Assembly: GCA_001816655.1 (NCBI GenBank)
Contig: MHCP01000025.1
Coordinates: 78,428 to 142,427 of the forward strand
Origin: Candidatus Woykebacteria bacterium RBG_13_40_15
GTDB taxonomy: Bacteria; Patescibacteriota; Microgenomatia; Woykebacterales; RBG-16-39-9b
DNA: 64,000 nucleotides
Reading direction: 5' to 3'
Below the pieces are notes generated by a model, which saw only the letters and a program-made list of their open reading frames with translations, ran no database searches and had not been told where the DNA came from. Made by a program: the position numbers and the translations under genes. Positions 34,708-43,736 of the stretch are shown piece after piece. Numbering within the stretch: position 1 is the first letter of the stretch; every line of letters begins with the position of its first letter.

Positions 34708-37623
34708 CTAAAGCAGGCTCTTTAAATACTTGCCTGTGTAAGATGCTGTTTTTTTCGATAAATCAGCTGGTGCTCCAGTTGCAACTACTTCTCCGCCAAG
34801 GTCGCCGCCTTCGGGTCCTAAGTCAATTATCCAATCAGCAGTTTTAACAACTTCAAGGTTGTGTTCGATTACAAGAACTGTGTTTCCAGCATCAACAAGA
34901 CGATGAAGTACATCAAGAAGATTTTGGATATCCGCAAAATGAAGGCCAGTCGTCGGTTCATCCAAAATATAAAAAGTCTTTCCTGTACTCCGTTTGGAAA
35001 GCTCTGTCGAAAGTTTCACTCTCTGTGCTTCCCCACCAGAAAGTGTTGGAGCCGATTGACCAAGGCGGATGTAGCCTAATCCGACATCGGCTAAAACTTT
35101 CAATTTGTTGTAAATTGCTGGGATATTTTCAAAAAAATTGAGTGCCTCGACCACCGTCATACTCAAAACTTCAGCGATATTTTTTCCTTTGTACAAGATT
35201 TCAAGAACTTCTCTGTTGTAACGCTGTCCCTTACAAACTTCACAGGTTACATAGACATCCGGCAAAAACTGCATTTCAATTTTTACAGAACCCTCACCCT
35301 GACAAGCTTCACACCTCCCGCCTTTTACATTAAAAGAAAATCTGCCGGAAGAATACCCCCGCGTACGTGCTTGAGGAGTCTTCGAAAAAAGCTCTCTTAT
35401 ATAAGAAAAGGTTCCCGTGTATGTTACCGGGTTTGACCGAGGTGTACGTCCAATCGGAGATTGATCAATATCAACTACTTTGTCAATGTATTCCAACCCT
35501 TCCAACTTCTCATATTTACCTGGTTTATCTTTTGATCTGTAGAAATAAGAAGCTAAGGCTTTATGAAGAATTTCCTCGATCAGGGTTGATTTTCCACTCC
35601 CGGAAACACCTGTAACACAAACAAATTTTCCCAAAGGGATTTCAACTGTAATATTTTTGAGATTATGTTGCGCCGCTCCAAAGATAGTTAAGGTCTTTCC
35701 GTTTCCAGTCCTAGGGTTTCTGTTTGACGTAACAATTTTTTTACCTGAAAGGTATTGTCCTGTGATAGAAATCTCATTTTTAGCAATTTCTTCTGGCGTT
35801 CCAGTAGCAATTACTTTACCTCCAAGTTCCCCAGCTCCCGGCCCAATATCAACTACCCAATCCGCAGAAGTAATAGTTTCTTTGTCGTGTTCAACAATAA
35901 TTACACTGTTGCCTAAATTGCGCAACTCCTTCAGTGTATTGATAAGTTTCAAATTATCTCGCTGATGTAATCCAATCGAAGGTTCATCTAAAACATATAG
36001 AACCCCCGACAGCCCGGAACCGATCTGACTTGCTAGACGGATTCGCTGAGCTTCCCCTCCAGCCAAAGTGGCGCTGGAACGATCAATTGTTAAGTAGTCT
36101 AGTCCAACATCAAGTAAAAACTTAAGCCGTGCAGAAATTTCTTTTAAGACTTGTCTGGCAATTTGTTTTTCTTTTTCCGGAAGATCAAGGCCAGAAAACC
36201 AACTCGCGGCTTTTGAAATTGACAATCCTGATACATCAACAATTGATTTTTCCCCGATTGTAACGAAGAGTGCCTCTTTCTTTAACCTTGCTCCTCGACA
36301 AGTTTCGCAAAGCTCCTCCCGCATATATTTTTCGATTTCTCGCTTTGTCCACTCACTCTCTGTTTCTTTGTAACGCCTTGAAAGCTCTATAATCACACCC
36401 TCGAAAGTCGTATCAAAAGTAATTTGCCGACCAAAACGGTTTCTTCCAGTTACCGTGAAAACTTCCTCTTCTGATCCGAATAAAATTATTTCCAAGATAT
36501 TTTTTGGTAAATCCTTAATTGGCGTACTTAAGGAAAATCGGAGATGACCCGCCAAAGCTTCGAGCCGCCTAGAAGTCCAGGTATCATGTGCTAAAAGCCT
36601 TTGCCAAGGTAGGATTCCCCCTTCAGAGATTGAAAGGTTTTTGTTTGGAATTATTAAATCCGGATCGACTGTTAGCTTTGTTCCGATTCCCTGACAACTC
36701 TGACATGCCCCGTATGGAGAGTTAAAGGAAAATGTTCGGGGTTCCAGTTCCGGCAAGGAAATATCATGATCAGGGCAAGCAAAACGTTCTGAATAAACTC
36801 TATCTTCCTTACTCTCCAAATTATTGGTGTAAACTAAACCCTCACTAATCTTCAAAGCTGTTTCAACCGACTCCGTTAACCTCTGTTTATCAACAGGCCC
36901 GTCTACGACTCGACTGAGCTCGCTGAAGTCCGAAGAAGCAGGAAACTCAAGCCGATCAACAACAACATCAATGTTATGAATCTTGTATCGATCAAGGGCA
37001 GGAACTTCATCAATCTCATAAACTTTTCCATTCACACGAAGACGCACAAACCCTCGTTTCTTTAAATCATCAAAAACTTCTTCATACAACCCTTTCCTTC
37101 CTTTAACAACTGGCGCCAATATTAACAAAGTTTCCTTTTTATTTCTGCTTTCTACTATCCGCTTACTGTTCTCTGCTGACTGCTCACTGCTTACTGCTAA
37201 CTGTATCTGGTCCACAATTTCTTGCGGCGTCTGAGCGGTAATTTCTCGACCATCAATCGGGCAATGTGGATGTCCAATTCTTGCCCAAAGAAGCCGCATA
37301 TAATCATAGATTTCTGTAATAGTTCCAACCGTCGATCGAGGGTTTTTGGAAGCAGTTTTTTGATCAATTGAAATTGCCGGGGAGAGACCTTCAATCTGAT
37401 CAACATCGGGCTTTTCCATTAGCCCCAGGAATTGGCGTGCATACGCAGAAAGAGACTCGACATAACGGCGCTGGCCTTCGGCATAAAGGGTATCGAATGC
37501 TAGGGAACTTTTACCCGAACCAGATATTCCTGTAATAACAACTAGACGATTTTTCGGGATATCAAGGTCAACGTTCTTTAAGTTGTGCTCACGCGCTCCG
37601 CGAATAACAATTTTTTCTGACAT
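34708..37623 (-). CDS. uvrA: excinuclease ABC subunit A
   Basis: Two ABC domains and Zn fingers; start taken at MSEKIVIRGAREHNLK. Confidence 0.98.
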   Translation of the reverse strand: MSEKIVIRGAREHNLKNVDLDIPKNRLVVITGISGSGKSSLAFDTLYAEGQRRYVESLSAYARQFLGLMEKPDVDQIEGLSPAISIDQKTASKNPRSTVGTITEIYDYMRLLWARIGHPHCPIDGREITAQTPQEIVDQIQLAVSSEQSAENSKRIVESRNKKETLLILAPVVKGRKGLYEEVFDDLKKRGFVRLRVNGKVYEIDEVPALDRYKIHNIDVVVDRLEFPASSDFSELSRVVDGPVDKQRLTESVETALKISEGLVYTNNLESKEDRVYSERFACPDHDISLPELEPRTFSFNSPYGACQSCQGIGTKLTVDPDLIIPNKNLSISEGGILPWQRLLAHDTWTSRRLEALAGHLRFSLSTPIKDLPKNILEIILFGSEEEVFTVTGRNRFGRQITFDTTFEGVIIELSRRYKETESEWTKREIEKYMREELCETCRGARLKKEALFVTIGEKSIVDVSGLSISKAASWFSGLDLPEKEKQIARQVLKEISARLKFLLDVGLDYLTIDRSSATLAGGEAQRIRLASQIGSGLSGVLYVLDEPSIGLHQRDNLKLINTLKELRNLGNSVIIVEHDKETITSADWVVDIGPGAGELGGKVIATGTPEEIAKNEISITGQYLSGKKIVTSNRNPRTGNGKTLTIFGAAQHNLKNITVEIPLGKFVCVTGVSGSGKSTLIEEILHKALASYFYRSKDKPGKYEKLEGLEYIDKVVDIDQSPIGRTPRSNPVTYTGTFSYIRELFSKTPQARTRGYSSGRFSFNVKGGRCEACQGEGSVKIEMQFLPDVYVTCEVCKGQRYNREVLEILYKGKNIAEVLSMTVVEALNFFENIPAIYNKLKVLADVGLGYIRLGQSAPTLSGGEAQRVKLSTELSKRSTGKTFYILDEPTTGLHFADIQNLLDVLHRLVDAGNTVLVIEHNLEVVKTADWIIDLGPEGGDLGGEVVATGAPADLSKKTASYTGKYLKSLL

Positions 37624-37631
37624 ATTTTTCT

Positions 37632-37647
37632 CCAAAACAAGCCCGAA
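37632..37647 (-). promoter_or_regulatory. putative LexA box
   Basis: TTCGG-N6-TTTGG just upstream of uvrA; similar motif in the lexA promoter. Confidence 0.55.
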
Positions 37648-37727
37648 AATTTTACACCTTTTAGCAAATTTGCGCAACTCCCTATGTAAGATAATTTGAC
37701 AAGGGCTTGGCTGTTTTGTAGGATAAA

Positions 37728-38035
37728 CCCATTGGAGGGTCAGGTCTGCGGTGCGGATGGCTGCAATCTTGTAGCTAGCTTGCTTCGCTAGCATCGCTGG
37801 TCAAAGATCAGAAGAGTGTGGTTGGATCAGCGGTCGTGCAAGCAGGGGCAGACTTCAAGCCCAGCGGCGAGGCTCTTCCCACGCCAAAGAGACCTCGCTG
37901 ACCATTACGCTCAAGAAGGAAGTCGTTTGAGATCGGTGGCTTTGCTGTCGATAGCGCACCTCGAGCGACAGTATACCCGCCACAGATGGGCAGGAGAAAG
38001 GGCTCTCGTCTCTTTAAGCGCTGTACGAGAGCCCC
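37728..38035 (+). ncRNA. candidate structured ncRNA B
   Basis: Promoter TTGACA-17-TAGGAT; GC-rich; many helices; 10-bp terminal stem. Confidence 0.6.
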
Positions 38036-38173
38036 TTGACAAGCATAAGGCAAATTAAGTAATATACTCCGCAGCCGAAGACACAGGAGAAGAGAGAAGC
38101 CGGCGGTCCTCGGAACAGGGTAGGGGGGGGCCTAAGCCGGTCGATCGTCGGCTCCTGTAAACATCAGAGAGGG

Positions 38174-38238
38174 GTCGGGTGTAGCACGGGAGTCAGTGCC
38201 TCCCAAGGTCGGTGGTTCAAATCCATCCACCTCGACTA
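38174..38238 (+). ncRNA. D-arm-less tRNA-like element 1
   Basis: Acceptor-like stem, GGGAG/CTCCC arm with 7-nt loop, T-arm GGTGGTTCAAATCCATC. Confidence 0.65.
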
Positions 38239-38341
38239 GACAAGGACCGCAAGAGAGGTCAGGTCCAGAGGGTGTCCTGTTGCTGATGATGCAGGTTAAC
38301 AAGACAAGCCATCAGCAAAAACCCTCACCAAGTTCAGATAG

Positions 38342-38400
38342 GTCTCGGGGATGCCACAGAATAGGTAGATCTGTTGGTTCGAATCCAACTCCCCAAGACA
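38342..38400 (+). ncRNA. D-arm-less tRNA-like element 2
   Basis: GTCTCGGGGA/TCCCCAAGAC stem plus T-arm GTTGGTTCGAATCCAAC. Confidence 0.6.
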
Positions 38401-38417
38401 AGATCAGACGGAACGGT

Positions 38418-38494
38418 GGGTGATTAGCTCAGACGGTTAGAGCAGCAGCCTTATAAGCTGTACGTCGCAGGTTCGAGTCCTGCATCACCCACCA
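38418..38494 (+). tRNA. tRNA-Ile(TAT)
   Basis: Well-formed cloverleaf; loop CTTATAA; A73, CCA. Confidence 0.9.
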
Positions 38495-38514
38495 CAATCA
38501 AAAGGTTGGAGATC

Positions 38515-38589
38515 ACCCCCGTAGCTCAGAGGTAGAGCGGCGAGCTGTTAACTCGCAGGTCGGTGGTTCAAGTCCATCCGGGGGTACCA
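38515..38589 (+). tRNA. tRNA-Asn(GTT) with atypical acceptor
   Basis: Cloverleaf; loop CTGTTAA; A1-U72 and A73. Confidence 0.85.
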
Positions 38590-38610
38590 ATCAACAAGGA
38601 CAGAGACAAT

Positions 38611-38685
38611 AGGGGGATAGTTTAACTGGCAAAATGGTAGCCTGTTACGCGACAGTTGTGGGTTCGAATCCCCCCTCCTCAGCCA
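38611..38685 (+). pseudogene. degenerate tRNA (GTT anticodon)
   Basis: D and T loops present; mismatched acceptor and anticodon stems; GCCA end. Confidence 0.65.
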
Positions 38686-38694
38686 ATCACTTGC

Positions 38695-38768
38695 TCCCCC
38701 TTCGTCCAATGGCAGGACACCCGTAAAACATACAGGTTATGGTGGTTCGAATCCATCGGGGGGAGCCA
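38695..38768 (+). tRNA. tRNA-Gln/Glu-like body with aberrant anticodon loop (undetermined)
   Basis: Intact acceptor, D and T arms with GCCA; anticodon loop AAAACAT lacks U33. Confidence 0.6.
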
Positions 38769-38850
38769 ACCACTTCTAACAGCTATACCAATTAACTTTC
38801 AACTAATCGCCATTGACAATGTACAACTTGTGGTACATTATTTTATTGAG

Positions 38851-39705
38851 ATGGAAAACCCTAAAGAATTAGAGAAACAAGCTGATAGCTTACGTAACAA
38901 TGGTCGGGGACTAGCGGCTATTGAGAAATATACACAAGCCGCAACCCTTTACGAGCAACAGGAAAACAAAAAAGAAGCAGCCGAATGCTGGCATATGGTA
39001 GGTGTTAGTTACAAAGTTGAAAATGATATTAACCATGCCATTGAAACTCTTGAAAAAGCAGCAAAACTTCATAATACAGCTGGAAACCAAGTTGGTGTCG
39101 GGCGTGTTCATCGGGATATAGGAATCGCTTACGCTTATCACAAAGAGCACGACAAAGCCATCGACTGGCTTGAGAAAAGTGAAAAAGTCCTACGAGATAG
39201 CGGCGATTATGCGGAACTTGGAATCACAGAAGCAAAAATTGGTAAACATTATCTTGAAATAAATGATTACAATAAAGCAGAACAGTGGTTACAAAAGGGT
39301 CTTTCTACAATTCGTAAAGAAGGGCACTGGTTCTACGAAATGACCACCTTGCTACATTTTGGTACGTTTTATCTTGCACGAAAGGACTTCGGGGCTGCAG
39401 CTACAACTATCTGGGCCGGCATTGGGTTAATTTATCAAGCTGGTGCTAAAAAAACTCAGCAACGTCGCCTCGCTCAGCTTTACGGTCTTTTGGCCCAAAG
39501 TTATCTTGGACTAAATAATCCAAAATCTGGTGCAAAGTTTTTTAAAAAGGCTATGGATTTGCTTACCCCAATGGATTCTAATGTTTCGGCAGTAGTTTAC
39601 GAGGATATAAACGCACCGCAATTTGTAAAGCTAATCAAAAAATCCTCTCCCGAAAAGCATAAAAAACTAACCAAAGAAATAAAGTTAAATAAATTACTAC
39701 CCTAG
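38851..39705 (+). CDS. tetratricopeptide repeat protein
   Basis: Repeated A...Y..A / G..Y helical TPR pattern; start taken at MENPK. Confidence 0.85.
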   Translation: MENPKELEKQADSLRNNGRGLAAIEKYTQAATLYEQQENKKEAAECWHMVGVSYKVENDINHAIETLEKAAKLHNTAGNQVGVGRVHRDIGIAYAYHKEHDKAIDWLEKSEKVLRDSGDYAELGITEAKIGKHYLEINDYNKAEQWLQKGLSTIRKEGHWFYEMTTLLHFGTFYLARKDFGAAATTIWAGIGLIYQAGAKKTQQRRLAQLYGLLAQSYLGLNNPKSGAKFFKKAMDLLTPMDSNVSAVVYEDINAPQFVKLIKKSSPEKHKKLTKEIKLNKLLP

Positions 39706-39771
39706 TAACAAAAAATAATCGCCGCTTGCTTGAAACAGACCCAATATGTATAATTATATTAGAAAGTAAAA

Positions 39772-40293
39772 ATGGAGCCTGCCAAGCCTAGTAATAAATT
39801 TAAAATCGCTTTTTTCACCACCCTTGTAACTACTATTGTTTTCCTAGTGGCAGCTGCTGCTTTAGGTTACGTTTATTATACAAAATCTCAAGCATACAAC
39901 GATTTAAATTCCGCAAATAATAAATGTAAAGAAGAAAAAGCGGCACTTGAAAAGCAAGCAAGTTCTTCTTCAGCAACTCTTAACCAGAAGCTAAAAACTT
40001 GTGAGGATCAGAAAAAAGCCGCTCTTGACACTAATAAAAATAAGACAGACAAAGTAGCCGCCTACAACACCTTATTCTCCTATTTCATTACCGTTCTTAG
40101 AACTCATAGTGGATTAAACGGCTGGACCGATGCTGAATATCAAAAAGCACGTGGTTTAGCCCAAGCAACAGAAGATCAGAACATGGTAGATAAAACTGAT
40201 TGGGCTTGGAATCATCAAGAAATAGATCAAGTAATAAGGCTGGCAGACTGGTTGGATGCAATTTCCGTCGGAATCACTAACACTTTGAAATAA
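39772..40293 (+). CDS. membrane-anchored coiled-coil protein
   Basis: N-terminal TM followed by a coiled coil. Confidence 0.75.
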   Translation: MEPAKPSNKFKIAFFTTLVTTIVFLVAAAALGYVYYTKSQAYNDLNSANNKCKEEKAALEKQASSSSATLNQKLKTCEDQKKAALDTNKNKTDKVAAYNTLFSYFITVLRTHSGLNGWTDAEYQKARGLAQATEDQNMVDKTDWAWNHQEIDQVIRLADWLDAISVGITNTLK

Positions 40294-40300
40294 ATTATAT

Positions 40301-42331
40301 TTAGATTTTAAATTTCCTGGCCTCTTTCACACTGATTGTTTTTGGGATCTCTAATTCTTGGTTTTTTATTTCCTGTATTTGATCCCGCAAAAGCGCAGCC
40401 TTTTCGAAATCCATTATTTTTGCAGCTGATAACATTTCTGCCGTCAAGTCTCTAATTAACTTTTTAACCTCCTCCTTTGGTACTTTTGTTAAATCAAGCT
40501 CGGCAGTACTTTCTACCTCTGGCTGCAACTGACGAACCCGCTCACCTATATCGTGAATTGCTTTTTCGATAGTTGATGGGCTAATTCTATGTTTCCTATT
40601 GTATTCTACTTGAATTTTTCGTCTTCTATTTGTTTCGTCAATTGCTCCCTTAATGCTTTTGGTAATGGTGTCCGCGTACATTATTACCCTACCTTCAACG
40701 TGTCTGGAAGCTCTGCCGATTGTTTGGATTAGGGATGTTTTACTTCTTAGAAACCCTTCTTTGTCGGCGTCCAAAATAGCAATCAAAGAAACCTCTGGCA
40801 AATCCAAACCTTCGCGTAGCAAATTGATTCCAACCAACACATCATACTTTCCAGTTCGCAAATCGCGTAAAATATCAACCCGCTCTAGTGTATCAACCAT
40901 ATAATGAATGTACATTACTTTCATATCTCGCTCAGCAAGATAATCTGTTAAATCCTCTGCCATTCGTTTAGTAAGTGTCGTAACAAGTACCCTTTGTCCT
41001 TTTCCAACTCTTTTTTGAATTTCGCTAATTAAATCAGGTATTTGTCCTTCTGTCTTTTTCACTTCAATTTCTGGATCGACTATCCCTGTCGGTCGAATTA
41101 TCTGCTCTGCAATTCCGTTATTCTTCGAGAGCGTCAATTCATATTCGTCTGGTGTTGCACTGGTAAAAATAATCTGTCCTGTTTTTTTCAGGAACTCTTC
41201 GAAAGTCAAAGGTCTATTGTCTATTGCGCTGGGGAGCCTAAATCCAAAATCAATCAGCGTGTTTTTTCTGGATCGCTCACCATACCACATTCCTTTAATT
41301 TGTGGAACGCTCATGTGAGATTCGTCTATAAAAGTGGCAAAGTCTTTTGGGAAGTAATCTAACAATGTAAAAGGCGGTTCCCCCGGTTTCCTTCCATCAA
41401 AATATCGAGAGTAATTTTCGATCCCCTTAACGCTTCCTACTTCTTTGATCATTTCTAAATCGTACTTAACCCGACTTGTTAGCCTTTGAAGCTCAACCAG
41501 CTTGTTTTCTTTTTTTAGCCTGCTACTTACGGTTTTAAACTCTCTTTTAATTTCTTCAAGCGGATCGTAAGGTAAGTTGATAGGAACATTGTAGTGCCGA
41601 GCTGGAAAAATGGAAATTTCTTCAAGATCTTCGATTTTCTCCAAACTGGTTGAATCAAGTTTTGTAATTTTCTCAACTTTTTCTCCGAAGAATGAAACTC
41701 TAACGACAAATTCTTCGTAAGCTGGGTAAATTTCCAACGTATCGCCTCTTACTCTAAAGGCCGCTCTTTTTAAATCCAAATCGTTTCTTTCATACTGAAG
41801 GCGGATTAGCTGTTCCTTAACTTGATTTAAAGTAATCGGCTGCACATTGAAGAGGGTCAGAATACTCTGTCTGTACGCATCGGGTGAACCAATGTTGTAG
41901 ATGCAGGAAACAGAAGCAACAATTAAAACGTCTCGCCTAGTTAAAAGCGCTTTTGTCGCGGCTAGACGTAGTCGATCGATCTCATCATTTATGTCCGAAT
42001 CCTTTTCAATATAAAGATCAATTTGCGGAACGTAAGATTCGGGCTGGTAATAATCATAGTAAGAGACAAAGTATTCTACGGCATTGTTTGGGAAAAATTC
42101 CCGAAATTCACTCGCTAGTTGCGCCGCGAGGGTTTTGTTATGCGCAATAACCAATGTTGGGCGGTTTACTTGCGCCACAATATTAGCCATCGTAAAAGTT
42201 TTACCTGTCCCAGTTGCACCAAGCAGTGTCTGAAATCTGTAATTTTTTTCCAAGCCTTCAACTAGTTTTTTGATCGCCTCTGGCTGATCTCCAGTCGGCG
42301 GCCATGGCGCTTTTAAATCGAATTTATCCAT
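40301..42331 (-). CDS. uvrB: excinuclease ABC subunit B
   Basis: GATGTGKT, YYDYYQPE, DESH and C-terminal UVR domain. Confidence 0.98.
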   Translation of the reverse strand: MDKFDLKAPWPPTGDQPEAIKKLVEGLEKNYRFQTLLGATGTGKTFTMANIVAQVNRPTLVIAHNKTLAAQLASEFREFFPNNAVEYFVSYYDYYQPESYVPQIDLYIEKDSDINDEIDRLRLAATKALLTRRDVLIVASVSCIYNIGSPDAYRQSILTLFNVQPITLNQVKEQLIRLQYERNDLDLKRAAFRVRGDTLEIYPAYEEFVVRVSFFGEKVEKITKLDSTSLEKIEDLEEISIFPARHYNVPINLPYDPLEEIKREFKTVSSRLKKENKLVELQRLTSRVKYDLEMIKEVGSVKGIENYSRYFDGRKPGEPPFTLLDYFPKDFATFIDESHMSVPQIKGMWYGERSRKNTLIDFGFRLPSAIDNRPLTFEEFLKKTGQIIFTSATPDEYELTLSKNNGIAEQIIRPTGIVDPEIEVKKTEGQIPDLISEIQKRVGKGQRVLVTTLTKRMAEDLTDYLAERDMKVMYIHYMVDTLERVDILRDLRTGKYDVLVGINLLREGLDLPEVSLIAILDADKEGFLRSKTSLIQTIGRASRHVEGRVIMYADTITKSIKGAIDETNRRRKIQVEYNRKHRISPSTIEKAIHDIGERVRQLQPEVESTAELDLTKVPKEEVKKLIRDLTAEMLSAAKIMDFEKAALLRDQIQEIKNQELEIPKTISVKEARKFKI

Positions 42332-42452
42332 CTTGTAATTATACACGGAAATAGTTTAATGAAAAAAGGAGAACCGCCAACTGAAGTCACCAGCTGGCGG
42401 CGTTTCGGCGGAAATGTTTGGTCCCCAACCTTACCGAACTTAGGTAACTACT

Positions 42453-42635
42453 CTAAGCTGGCGGGCTAGTTTCCTTCTTATCCGCCGTCTCTTCCGTATA
42501 TCCCATTGGTCGATGGTAATCTTCCTTCTCACGTACGCTCAATCCTCTGGCGGTAGTAAGTCGGCGAAAGTCCTTGGTCGAGACATACACCTGAGACGTA
42601 GATGTGAACGCATTTCTCTCTCCTCCCGTTTTCAC
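42453..42635 (-). CDS. small orphan ORF
   Basis: 60 aa, GC-rich, hairpin downstream; start uncertain. Confidence 0.35.
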   Translation of the reverse strand: MKTGGERNAFTSTSQVYVSTKDFRRLTTARGLSVREKEDYHRPMGYTEETADKKETSPPA

Positions 42636-42740
42636 AAGACTGGATATTAATATAGTACACTCAACCCTAAACTACAAGACGGCTGGGAACCGGTGTAAAC
42701 CGACTCCCAGTTATTTTGGGCTAGGGGATACTCTTATGGC

Positions 42741-42947
42741 TCACACCCAAACGATAGTAGGATGGCTGTCACCTTGGAAGATGAGTTCAACCCCGATTGG
42801 AATGTTGTCATTGCAGCAGAACCTTGGCTCAATGCATGGTGGAAGCCTACCCGCCTCCTGCTGCGCGCGAAGTCCCATCATGAAAGATGTCACTGTACCC
42901 GAACGCCTCAGCAGCTCACGTATGATTTCTTCTCTCGTTTCCGGCAC
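42741..42947 (-). CDS. small orphan protein
   Basis: SD AGGAGGT; hairpin at about 42682-42710. Confidence 0.55.
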   Translation of the reverse strand: MPETREEIIRELLRRSGTVTSFMMGLRAQQEAGRLPPCIEPRFCCNDNIPIGVELIFQGDSHPTIVWV

Positions 42948-43047
42948 GATTCAACCTCCTTCAGTCGAAAGGTTTATGACCCTGAACAGCTGTACTGACT
43001 CACAGTTATTTCGCAGCAGTCAGTTCGTTTCTCAGCTAGTAACGAGA

Positions 43048-43542
43048 CTAAGGTTCCCACAACCTCTTTACGTCCCAGACAGTAAACGTCTGGTTAATGA
43101 CTCCAACGTAGACCGTGGCACCCACTGGTTTTTTACCCTTACAGTGGACTTTTCTGATCTCGTAACCAGCAGGTCTGCCAGCGAAGGTTCCAAGAGCAAG
43201 TATTTTTTCAGCCTTGCTTCGGAACTCTTCCTCCGTATCGGAAACAAATAGCTGCTCCGCTAGCCTAGTTCTCAGGTCCTGAATGCTAGGCAGTCTTCTC
43301 TGGAGCTCCTCCTTCCCAATAAGGGTGCCGTGGGGCGGAAGTGAGTCAATATTGGTGTCCGAAACCACAAGGCCCTCAGGAACTCGCGATATTTTCACAC
43401 ACTTCGAGAGACCCCCAGTAGCCTGAATAGTAAGCGTGATGGTCATCCCAAGCCCCATTCTGAGTAAAGCCTCATAGAGGTAAACGCCCAGCATGGTAAT
43501 GAGTGTTTCCTCAACGTCTCTTTCTCTAAGTCCCTTCCTCAT
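43048..43542 (-). CDS. orphan protein
   Basis: SD AGGAGG; TTGACA promoter at about 43625. Confidence 0.65.
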   Translation of the reverse strand: MRKGLRERDVEETLITMLGVYLYEALLRMGLGMTITLTIQATGGLSKCVKISRVPEGLVVSDTNIDSLPPHGTLIGKEELQRRLPSIQDLRTRLAEQLFVSDTEEEFRSKAEKILALGTFAGRPAGYEIRKVHCKGKKPVGATVYVGVINQTFTVWDVKRLWEP

Positions 43543-43699
43543 GATCTCCTCCTCGCTAGTTTCGACTAAGCGGATATGTCTATGGGTTTATCAAAAGATT
43601 AACTACTTCCCCATCTTTTGTCAATTCTATTTATTGATTTTCCAAAAATACCCCAAAAAGTTGACTGGTTTTGATTTATTTTTAGTTAGTTTGAACCGC

Positions 43700-43730
43700 T
43701 TGACAGTATCCGAAAATAAACCAATAATAT
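43700..43730 (+). promoter_or_regulatory. lexA promoter with putative operator CCGAA-N6-CCAAT
   Basis: TTGACA-17-AATAAT with the direct repeat spanning the spacer and -10. Confidence 0.6.
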
Positions 43731-43736
43731 AGCTGT

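Noticed and set aside
37624-37794. 57-aa N-terminal extension of UvrA
   Set aside because: Homology begins at MSEKIVIRG (37623); the extension covers promoter DNA and the start of RNA B.
38656-38850. N-terminal extension of the TPR ORF
   Set aside because: It runs through tRNA-like genes; a promoter-like sequence and ATG at 38851 fit better.
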